DNA from: Bacteroidota bacterium
GTDB taxonomy: Bacteria > Bacteroidota > Bacteroidia > Bacteroidales > F082
Assembly (NCBI GenBank): GCA_016845105.1
Contig: JAERTF010000154.1
Span: 25,311-89,310, forward strand
DNA: 64,000 nt
Direction of reading: 5' to 3'
In this document: in pieces, positions 8,561-17,015 of the stretch
Layout of the letters: the number at the start of each line of letters is the position of its first letter
Numbering within the stretch: the stretch's first letter is position 1
Notes under the pieces: model-generated
Seen by the model: the letters and a program-made list of their open reading frames with translations, nothing else
The model's database searches: none
What the model was told of the DNA's origin: nothing
Position numbers and translations under genes: made by a program

Positions 8561-9952
8561 ATGAGTTTCGCAACATCCAAAATTTTACCATTCCTATTGT
8601 GTTTATTTGTTTATAATTCGTTTGCTCAAAATGAGTTACAGACTTTCACAAAAGGTAATGGGTTAGTTTCTTCAACTATCCTTGTAACAAAGGTGGATTC
8701 AAGGGGTATAGTATGGCTTGGTACACCATCCGGAATTAGCGCATTTACATCCGGTAGCTGGGTTCCTGTCAAAAGTATTTCTGACAATAATGGATATAAT
8801 CAAAACATAGGTCGTGTTACAAATATATTTGAAACCAGAAAAGGAGAGATATGGATTGCATCCGATAAGGGGATATTTATTTTTAATGGAAAACACTGGA
8901 CTTATTTTAATGATAATGAAAATGAAGATTTTGTTATTTCGGATATTTTTGAGGATAGAAGCGATAGAATATGGGTAATATATGAAAAGAAAAAAAGTTT
9001 AAAAGATATAGGTGATCTTGGGTTTTCATTGGTAGAAGGTGTTATTCAGATGTATAATGGATTTCAATGGATTAAATTTCCTGGTGAAATTGGAGGTTCA
9101 GCAGCTGTATCAATTGGCGAAGCTGATAATTATTTTACATCTCATATTCAGGACACCGAAGGAAATATATGGGTTACAAACCTTGATGGCACATATAAAT
9201 TTGATGGTAAAAAATGGACAGAGTATGAAAAAGAGCAATTACCTTCAGATATTTGTAATAAGGTTATTGAGTCCTCAAAAAAGGAAATCTGGGTGGCCAC
9301 TAAATATGGCGTAGCAAGAAATAATGGGGACGAATGGATAGTATATGAAAAACCACGAGGGTTAAATGGAAATGTAATTGTAAATATATTCGAAGACAAT
9401 GAGGCTAGGATTTGGGTTGCAACAAAAAAGGACCATCGTTTTAAATATTTATGTGTTTTTGATGATGGAAAGTGGAAGGCTTTTTCTAGAGATCAACTAA
9501 AGTTGAAGGGAGAAGTAGTTAGAATATTGGATTTTGAAGATCAGGTTGTAGCATTCTCAAAGAGGGGAATTACTAGTTTTAATGGTAAAAAGTGGACTAA
9601 CCTAGTTAATAAATATAGTATTAAGGACGACAATTTTGCTGAACTTTTGCTAGCTAGAGATAAAACCATCTGGTTTACAGGACGCAATGGATTGTATCAA
9701 TTATCTGAAGACGGATTAGAGAAAATGTATTCTCCTGAAAATGGTTGGAAGGTAACTACTAACTATGAGAGTAAAAAAGGCAAGATGCTAGTTGGTACCG
9801 AAAAACAGGGCATTTTTATAATTGATGGAAAAACCATTACACATTATAATGAAGACAATGGTCTGCCTGATAATTATATTAAAAAAACATTTGAGGATAA
9901 AGAGAACAATATTTGGATTGTTACAAAAGGTGGTATAAGCCTTATAAAATAA
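8561..9952 (+). CDS. Secreted stand-alone Reg_prop (two-component-regulator propeller) repeat protein
   Basis: The track ORF starts at TTG 8507. ATG 8561 gives MSFATSKILPFLLCLFVYNSFAQ, a clean signal peptide. Motifs of type D..G.iWv.t..G recur many times (DSRGIVWLGTPSGISAF, RKGEIWIASDKGIFIF, RSDRIWVIY, TEGNIWVTNLDGTYKF, KKEIWVATKYGVA, NEARIWVAT, KENNIWIVTKGGISL). There is no kinase or receiver part. Confidence 0.7.
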   Translation: MSFATSKILPFLLCLFVYNSFAQNELQTFTKGNGLVSSTILVTKVDSRGIVWLGTPSGISAFTSGSWVPVKSISDNNGYNQNIGRVTNIFETRKGEIWIASDKGIFIFNGKHWTYFNDNENEDFVISDIFEDRSDRIWVIYEKKKSLKDIGDLGFSLVEGVIQMYNGFQWIKFPGEIGGSAAVSIGEADNYFTSHIQDTEGNIWVTNLDGTYKFDGKKWTEYEKEQLPSDICNKVIESSKKEIWVATKYGVARNNGDEWIVYEKPRGLNGNVIVNIFEDNEARIWVATKKDHRFKYLCVFDDGKWKAFSRDQLKLKGEVVRILDFEDQVVAFSKRGITSFNGKKWTNLVNKYSIKDDNFAELLLARDKTIWFTGRNGLYQLSEDGLEKMYSPENGWKVTTNYESKKGKMLVGTEKQGIFIIDGKTITHYNEDNGLPDNYIKKTFEDKENNIWIVTKGGISLIK

Positions 9953-10005
9953 TAAATGGTCTATTGAGGTGACGAACCCTTAGTTGAGCAACTTTTTCAT
10001 TGGGG

Positions 10006-13000
10006 TTATTTTATGCTTTTGAGTAGATAAATTGCCTTATCAACAGATAGTACACTCTCATACCTCAAAACCAAACTACCCTTTAATTCCTTTATTTCGG
10101 CAGCCAATGGATTGGCTTGGATATACTCTAGTATTTTGCCAAATTTTTCGGTTTGGAAAAATGGAGAGTCTTGTCCACCAGGGAAATACCCAGTCATTCG
10201 ATTGTTTTTAAGATTTAGTTTCACAAAACCTATTTTTCTTGCATACCATCTAAGTCTAACTACATTTATTAATGAAGTAGTTTCTGTTGGGAGTGATCCA
10301 AATCTATCCACAAGAGTATTACTAAACTCGATCAGTTTTTCTTCGTCTTTAATATTATCAAGCTCTTTATATAAACTTAACCGCTCAGTAATGTTAATAA
10401 CATAATCATCGGGTATACGGATTTCAAGGTCGGTTTCAATCTGACAATCACTAACATAGTCATCGGCTAGTTTTTCTGAATTATACAAGTCAGCGAATTC
10501 ACTTTCCTTTAGTTCAATAATAGCCTCATCCAGAATTTTTTGATACATTTCATATCCGATATCAGAAATAAAGCCACTTTGTTCAGCACCAAGTATATTT
10601 CCGGCACCACGGATATCTAAATCACGCATTGCAATATTAAAACCACTTCCTAAATCTCCATGTTCTTCAATTGCTTTTAATCGTTTACGAGCCTCAGATG
10701 TTAAAGTTGATAGAGGAGGTGATAATAAATAACAAAATGCTTGTTTGTTTGATCTACCTACTCTTCCTCGCAACTGGTGAAGGTCACTGAGCCCATGGTT
10801 TTGTGCGTCATTTATTATTATTGTGTTTGCATTTGGGATATCTAATCCCGATTCGATAATAGTAGTAGCCAGAAGCACATCGTAATCACCATCAATAAAA
10901 TCGAGCATTATTTTCTCCAGGGCAGATCCTTCCATTTGCCCATGTCCCACCGCAATCCTAATACCAGGAACAAACTTCATTAGCATATCATAAACATCCA
11001 TTATGTTTTGCACTCGATTATGTACAAAAAATACTTGCCCTCCTCGTGATATCTCATAATTGATTGCCTCACTTATAACTTCTGCTCCAAACGATCTGAT
11101 TTCTGTTTGGATGGGATGACGATTTGGTGGAGCAGTATTTATAATACTTAAGTCGCGTGCACCCATAAGTGAAAATTGTAGTGTACGTGGAATGGGTGTT
11201 GCTGTTAAAGTTAAGGTGTCGACATTGGCTCTAAATTGTTTCAGCTTTTCCTTTGCACTCACTCCAAACTTTTGTTCCTCATCAATAATAAACAAGCCAA
11301 GGTCTTTAAACTCAATGTCTTTGCTAAGAAGCCTATGGGTTCCAATCAGTATATCAACTTTCCCATCTTTTAATTTTTGGAGAGTTTTCTTTTGTTGTTT
11401 TGCGCTTTTAAATCGATTGATGTAATCAACATTTGCAGGAAAATCGTTTAATCTCTGTGCAAATGTTTTGTAATGTTGTAAAGCAAGTATTGTTGTTGGT
11501 ACCAATACTGCCACTTGTTTGCTTTCGCTTACGGCTTTAAAAGCTGCCCTAATGGCTATTTCAGTTTTTCCAAAGCCTACATCACCACATATAAGCCTGT
11601 CCATGGGGAATTCAGCTTGCATATCATTTTTTGTGTCGATGGTGGCTTTTAGCTGATCAGGTGTATCTTCGTAGATAAACGAAGCTTCAAGCTCATTTTG
11701 CAAGTAAGTGTCGGGTGAATATTGTATTCCTTTGGCATCTTTTCGTTGAGCATAAAGCTTAATCAAATCCCTGGCAATATCCTTTACACGACTTTTAGTT
11801 TTGTTTTTTAGTTTGCTCCATGTTTTTGTGCCAAGTTTATTTAAACTAGGAGGTGTTCCATCTTTTCCAACGTATTTTGAAATACGATGCAACGAATGAA
11901 TGCTTACATAAAGGATATCTTCATTTTTGTATAATATCCTTATGGCCTCCTGTTTTTTACCATTATTGTCGATGATTTGCAATCCATCAAACTTACCAAC
12001 ACCATGATCAATATGTGTAATGAAATCTCCAGGAACCAAATCATATAACTCTTTTATTGATACAACATCCTTATTGCCAAAACCTTCGCGTAATCTGAAG
12101 CGATGATATCTATTAAATATTTGGTGATCAGTATAGCAAAGCAATTTTATATCGTGATCGATAAATCCTGTGCTTAAACTTTCGTAAACAGGGTTAAACT
12201 TGATTTTATCTTTATCGGATATTTCATTTTGTAAATCCTCAAAAATCGCATATAAGCGTTCTATTTGTTTTTTATTGTTTGAGAAAATCAAACACTTGTA
12301 GCCTGCCAATGACTGTTTTGCAATATCATTTATTAGGAGGTCGAAGTTTTTGTTGAATGATGGTTGTGGTTTCTGATTAAACTTTATTTCTTCTACATCA
12401 TTAAAATATTTACTCTTATTAAATTCAATTGTTGAGAACTCCTGTATTCGGTCTTTAACAGTATTACTTGGAGAGAATAATAGCTCAGGTTGAATTGCAC
12501 TTTCATCACCTTCCAATTTTGCAAATCCAGCTAAGGCTTTATCATACTCTTTATCAATGCAATCGAGTGTGAGTTCAATATCCTCGAACCATAATATTGT
12601 GCTATTTGGGATGTATTCCAAAAATTCTACTCTGTTTTCAACTAGTTGGCGACTCTGAACATTGGGTAATAATGTTATACGGTGTAGTTGCTGAATTGAT
12701 AACTGTGTTGATGGATCAAAAGTTCTGATGGATTCAACCTCATCACCAAAAAATTCAATCCTGTATGGATGCTCGTTTGAAAAAGAAAAAACATCAATAA
12801 TACCTCCTCGTATGGCAAATTGCCCGGGTTCTGAAACAAAATCAGAATGCTCAAATTCAAGTTCAAATAATAAATCACTAATAAAATCCAACGAAACTTC
12901 CTCTCCAACACGAAGTTTCATCATATTCTTTGAGATATATCTTTTAGTTATAACCTTTTCTGCCAAGGCTTCAGGATAGGTAACGATAATTGTTTTTTTA

Positions 13001-13371
13001 TCACCTGATATGGTTCGTTTTAATACTTCAGTACGTGATAATTGATATACACGATCAACTTTTTCAGGTTCATAAGGCCGACTATATGATGTGGGGTAAA
13101 AAAGAACTTTCTTTTGGTTTAGCTCGGCATTTGTTTCTTCAAGTAAACTCTCAACATCGTTGTAAAAATAAGCTGCTTGTTCTTTATCAGATAGGATAAC
13201 AATATGCTGTTGTTTTCCTTTTTGGTTCATTACAGATGCAAGAGCAAAAGCCTTAGCAGAACCAATCATCCCACCGATATATATATGTGGTACATTTTCA
13301 TTGATATGCTTTTGCAAAGTCATCATATTACGACTTTGTTCGAATAGTTTTATTAGTTGAGATGGATCCAA
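10006..13371 (-). CDS. mfd: Transcription-repair coupling factor
   Basis: 1121 aa with superfamily-2 helicase motifs GDVGFGKTE, FIIDEEQKFG and LTATPIPRT, plus the usual Mfd length and architecture. The only upstream start is TTG at 13369-13371, and the next in-frame ATG is at codon 16. Confidence 0.95.
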   Translation of the reverse strand: MDPSQLIKLFEQSRNMMTLQKHINENVPHIYIGGMIGSAKAFALASVMNQKGKQQHIVILSDKEQAAYFYNDVESLLEETNAELNQKKVLFYPTSYSRPYEPEKVDRVYQLSRTEVLKRTISGDKKTIIVTYPEALAEKVITKRYISKNMMKLRVGEEVSLDFISDLLFELEFEHSDFVSEPGQFAIRGGIIDVFSFSNEHPYRIEFFGDEVESIRTFDPSTQLSIQQLHRITLLPNVQSRQLVENRVEFLEYIPNSTILWFEDIELTLDCIDKEYDKALAGFAKLEGDESAIQPELLFSPSNTVKDRIQEFSTIEFNKSKYFNDVEEIKFNQKPQPSFNKNFDLLINDIAKQSLAGYKCLIFSNNKKQIERLYAIFEDLQNEISDKDKIKFNPVYESLSTGFIDHDIKLLCYTDHQIFNRYHRFRLREGFGNKDVVSIKELYDLVPGDFITHIDHGVGKFDGLQIIDNNGKKQEAIRILYKNEDILYVSIHSLHRISKYVGKDGTPPSLNKLGTKTWSKLKNKTKSRVKDIARDLIKLYAQRKDAKGIQYSPDTYLQNELEASFIYEDTPDQLKATIDTKNDMQAEFPMDRLICGDVGFGKTEIAIRAAFKAVSESKQVAVLVPTTILALQHYKTFAQRLNDFPANVDYINRFKSAKQQKKTLQKLKDGKVDILIGTHRLLSKDIEFKDLGLFIIDEEQKFGVSAKEKLKQFRANVDTLTLTATPIPRTLQFSLMGARDLSIINTAPPNRHPIQTEIRSFGAEVISEAINYEISRGGQVFFVHNRVQNIMDVYDMLMKFVPGIRIAVGHGQMEGSALEKIMLDFIDGDYDVLLATTIIESGLDIPNANTIIINDAQNHGLSDLHQLRGRVGRSNKQAFCYLLSPPLSTLTSEARKRLKAIEEHGDLGSGFNIAMRDLDIRGAGNILGAEQSGFISDIGYEMYQKILDEAIIELKESEFADLYNSEKLADDYVSDCQIETDLEIRIPDDYVINITERLSLYKELDNIKDEEKLIEFSNTLVDRFGSLPTETTSLINVVRLRWYARKIGFVKLNLKNNRMTGYFPGGQDSPFFQTEKFGKILEYIQANPLAAEIKELKGSLVLRYESVLSVDKAIYLLKSIK

Positions 13372-13569
13372 AAACTTTAGATTTAAAGGAAAACAATAAT
13401 TTGGGCAAATCTAAATAAAAATGGGATTTAAAGTAAGAGCAAAATATCTTGCACTTCTAGACTAAAGTTTGGTATAGGCTAGTAGGTTATTTTTTAAGTT
13501 TTATGGCTTAAAGATGAGTAACTAAAAAATACATTATTTAGAATTGTTTTTAATTACGGATCCTTTTTC

Positions 13570-13577
13570 TAATTTTG
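13570..13577 (+). promoter_or_regulatory. Candidate -7 box TAATTTTG for fbp
   Basis: Exact TAnnTTTG match, 34 nt upstream of ATG 13612. Confidence 0.35.
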
Positions 13578-13611
13578 CACCGAATTATACTAAAAAACAC
13601 TCAATTGTAGT

Positions 13612-15594
13612 ATGGAGAAATTTAACGCTAAACAATACGCTACCAAAGACCTGGAAAAACATATAAAATATTTGAACTTACTTGCTGCACGATTTCCTGA
13701 TATACAAGCAGCAAGTACAGAAATAATTAACCTTGAGGCAATATTAAATTTGCCCAAAGGAACAGAACACTTTTTGTCGGATATACATGGCGAATATGAA
13801 ACTTTTAGCCATGTATTAGCCAATGCATCAGGTGTTGTTGTTAGGAAAATTGATGAAGTTTTTGGAAAAACTTTGCGAAAGAAGGAAAAATCACTTCTAG
13901 CCACATTAATTTACTATCCAAAAGAAAAGTTACAACTGGTGATTAAAACAGAGGATGATATAAACGAGTGGTATGCAATAACATTACAACGATTATCAAA
14001 AGTTGCCCGGGCTGCAGCTTCCAAATATACTCGATCGAAGGTTAGGAAAGCAATGCCTTCTGATTTTGCATATATTATCGATGAGCTATTAAATGAAAGT
14101 GGCGAGGGTAAAGAAGATTATTTTGAGGGAATCATTAATTCAATTATTACCATCGATAGGGCAGAGGCATTTATTATTGCAATATGCGAGTTTATTCAGC
14201 AGTTATTGGTTGATAGGCTCCATATAATTGGTGATATATTTGATAGAGGACCACATCCTGAAAAAGTAATGGATCGATTAATCTCCTATCATGCTGTGGA
14301 TGTACAATGGGGTAATCACGATATTGTTTGGATGGGTGCAGCTGCTGGTAATTTAGCTCTCATTGCCAATGTTATCAGAATCTCATTGCGTTATAATAAT
14401 CTTGATACACTTGAGGATGCTTATGGTATAAATATGCTGCCACTTGCTCGTTTTGCAATGGACGCTTACAAAAACGATCCATGTGACTTATTTGCGGTAA
14501 AGGGAGAGGCCAGACATTCAGATATTCAGTTGCTAAAACAAATGCAAAAGGCAATTTCAATAATTCAATTTAAAATGGAAGGCCAGGCTGTAAAAAGGAA
14601 TCCTCATTTTAAAATGAATGATAGACTTGTTTTTGACAATATTGATTTTAAGAAAAATACAACCACAATTGATGGGAAAACACATAAGTTAAAAGATGTG
14701 AATTTCCCAACAGTTGACCCAAAAGCACCATACGAACTAAGTTCAGACGAAAAAGAGGTTATGGATAAGTTGAGATCGAGCTTTATGAATAGTCAACGAT
14801 TGCAACAACATATTGATTTTCTTTTCACTAGGGGAAGCATGTACCTTACCCATAATTCAAACTTGCTATATCACGGATGTATCCCAATGGATGAGAAAGG
14901 AAACTTTGAGAAATTCGAAATAGAAGGAAAGACATACTCCGGCAAGCAGTTATGTGATCATTTTGATAGAGTAGCTCGAAAAGGGTATTTCCAACGCAAG
15001 GCTAAAGGTGAAGAAGATAATACATTGGATTATATGTGGTATTTGTGGTGTGGGCCGTTATCACCATTGTTTGGCAAAAAGAAAATGGCCACATTTGAAA
15101 GATACTATATTGCTGATAAAGACACTCATAAGGAAGGAAGAAACACTTATTATACGCTGGCTTTTAATGATGAAAAGTATTGTGATAGTATATTGTCTGA
15201 ATTTGATCTTGACCCAAGTTGTTCGCATATTGTTAACGGACATGTACCCGTAAAGGTAAAAAAGGGCGAAAGTCCAATAAAAGCCAATGGCAAACTATTT
15301 GTGATTGATGGGGGAATGTCAATTCCTTATCAATCAGTTACGGGAGTATCAGGGTATACTTTAATATATAATTCGTATGGGCTGGTTCTTGTTGAGCATA
15401 AAGAGTTTTCTTCAATGGCCGATGCAATAAAAGAAGAGAAGGATATCATCTCTGATCGTATTTTTATTGAAGGAAACGCTTCAAGAAAACGAGTTGGTGA
15501 TACTGATGTTGGAAAAGAACTAAATATTCAAATTGATGACTTGAAACTTTTGTTGGCAGCCTACCGAAAGGGACTAATAAAAGAAAAACGATAA
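13612..15594 (+). CDS. fbp: Fructose-1,6-bisphosphatase, class 3
   Basis: 660 aa. The metallophosphoesterase motifs LSDIHGEYETF, IIGDIFDRGP and WGNHD, and the length of about 650 aa, are typical of class 3 (Bacillus-type) FBPase. Confidence 0.9.
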   Translation: MEKFNAKQYATKDLEKHIKYLNLLAARFPDIQAASTEIINLEAILNLPKGTEHFLSDIHGEYETFSHVLANASGVVVRKIDEVFGKTLRKKEKSLLATLIYYPKEKLQLVIKTEDDINEWYAITLQRLSKVARAAASKYTRSKVRKAMPSDFAYIIDELLNESGEGKEDYFEGIINSIITIDRAEAFIIAICEFIQQLLVDRLHIIGDIFDRGPHPEKVMDRLISYHAVDVQWGNHDIVWMGAAAGNLALIANVIRISLRYNNLDTLEDAYGINMLPLARFAMDAYKNDPCDLFAVKGEARHSDIQLLKQMQKAISIIQFKMEGQAVKRNPHFKMNDRLVFDNIDFKKNTTTIDGKTHKLKDVNFPTVDPKAPYELSSDEKEVMDKLRSSFMNSQRLQQHIDFLFTRGSMYLTHNSNLLYHGCIPMDEKGNFEKFEIEGKTYSGKQLCDHFDRVARKGYFQRKAKGEEDNTLDYMWYLWCGPLSPLFGKKKMATFERYYIADKDTHKEGRNTYYTLAFNDEKYCDSILSEFDLDPSCSHIVNGHVPVKVKKGESPIKANGKLFVIDGGMSIPYQSVTGVSGYTLIYNSYGLVLVEHKEFSSMADAIKEEKDIISDRIFIEGNASRKRVGDTDVGKELNIQIDDLKLLLAAYRKGLIKEKR

Positions 15595-15675
15595 AAACAT
15601 TTGTTGTTATTTGAAAAAGACCCATTTTTACTTTTTATTTGACTTTTAAAAAGAAGGATAGAGTTGAAGAGAGTA

Positions 15676-16929
15676 ATGAAGTTTGGTGGAGGATTAATGG
15701 ATAATGCTCCCGGGATAAAAAAGGTGACTGAACTAATTGAAGAGTTTAGTTGTGAGCCATTGGTTGTGGTTGTTTCCGCGCTTGGTAAAACAACAAATGC
15801 CCTGGAGAAATTGTATCAACAATATCTTAATGGTGAACCATTAGAAGATGGTTTTTTTGAAATTAAGAAAAAACATTTGAGTATTGTAACTCAACTTTTT
15901 TCAAAGGTAGATGATGATCTAAGAAATTGCCTTGATCAGTTGTTTGAACAGTTGTGGAGTTCGTTAAATGCGAAGTACTCAAATAAATATGAAGCTTACG
16001 ACTGTATTGTATCATTTGGTGAGGAATTATCAAGTTGTATAATTTATCATTACCTAAAGAGTATAAATATTAAAACCAACCTTGTTAATGCGAAATGTAT
16101 TATTAAAACCGACAGTAATTTTACCAATGCATCAGTAAATTGGTCATATACTTCGAAGACTATAGATTCTCGGATTGTTCCTTTATTGGAATCGGGAAAG
16201 GTTGTAATTACACAGGGATTTGTTGGTGCTGATAAATTTGGCAAATCTACTACCATTGGACGCGAGGGTTCGGACTTTACTGCAGCAATAATTGGAAACT
16301 TATTGAATGCAGATGAAGTTACTATTTGGAAAAATGTACCAGGGTTAATGAATGCTGATCCTGCTCGGTTTTCTAATGCTGTAAAAATTGATAAGTTATC
16401 TTATCATGAGGCAATTGAGCTTGCTTATTATGGTGCATCTGTAATACACCCAAAAACTATACAACCTCTCAAACAAAAAAACATTCCACTCTTTGTCCGC
16501 CCATATTATAATACTGATTTACTACCAACATCAATAACTAACGATTCAAGCAATGATTCGGTTACCTCAAGTATTATCATCAAGGATAATCAGGTTCTAC
16601 TATCAATAAGTACAAAAGACCTTTCATTCATAGCGGAAGAGAACCTTAAGCAAATATTTGATGTATTTAGCAGAAATAAGACACACATTAATATGATGCA
16701 GAACTCTGCTGTTAGTTTCTCCGTTTGTTTCAAAGAAGATTCTGTGAAACTACCAGGTTTGCTATCTGATCTGCAAAGTGAATTTGCAATTAAGTATAAT
16801 AAGGGGTTAATATTGATTACAGTTCGTAATTATACTGATGATATTATAGCCAGCTTAGTTGGAAATAAAAAAGTTTACCTTGAACAAAAGAGCCGGGTAA
16901 CTGTTCAGCTTTTAATCAGGGAAAGTTAA
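15676..16929 (+). CDS. Aspartate kinase (monofunctional)
   Basis: The track ORF begins at TTG 15664. ATG 15676 gives MKFGGG, the usual aspartokinase N-terminus. Also present are VVVVSALGKTTN, GREGSDFTAAIIG, VIHPKTIQP and an ACT-like C-terminus. Confidence 0.9.
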   Translation: MKFGGGLMDNAPGIKKVTELIEEFSCEPLVVVVSALGKTTNALEKLYQQYLNGEPLEDGFFEIKKKHLSIVTQLFSKVDDDLRNCLDQLFEQLWSSLNAKYSNKYEAYDCIVSFGEELSSCIIYHYLKSINIKTNLVNAKCIIKTDSNFTNASVNWSYTSKTIDSRIVPLLESGKVVITQGFVGADKFGKSTTIGREGSDFTAAIIGNLLNADEVTIWKNVPGLMNADPARFSNAVKIDKLSYHEAIELAYYGASVIHPKTIQPLKQKNIPLFVRPYYNTDLLPTSITNDSSNDSVTSSIIIKDNQVLLSISTKDLSFIAEENLKQIFDVFSRNKTHINMMQNSAVSFSVCFKEDSVKLPGLLSDLQSEFAIKYNKGLILITVRNYTDDIIASLVGNKKVYLEQKSRVTVQLLIRES

Positions 16930-16963
16930 CTCATTCAAAGAATTGCATAGTAATTTGTAGCAT

Positions 16964-17002
16964 AAAAAAAGCTGGGTAGATTGCTCTACTCCAGCTTTTT
17001 TT
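16964..17002. terminator. Bidirectional intrinsic terminator between aspartokinase and the S8 peptidase
   Basis: Sequence is AAAAAAA-AGCTGGGTAGA-TTGC-TCTACTCCAGCT-TTTTTTT. This gives an 11-bp stem with one bulged T and a 4-nt loop. It is flanked by a 7-A run and a 7-T run, so either strand reads as hairpin plus U-tract. Confidence 0.75.
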
Positions 17003-17015
17003 CATTTAATTATCA

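Noticed and set aside
15595-15675. Lysine riboswitch or attenuator upstream of aspartokinase.
   Set aside because: The spacer is only 81 nt, AT-rich, and shows no conserved L-box helices or terminator hairpin.
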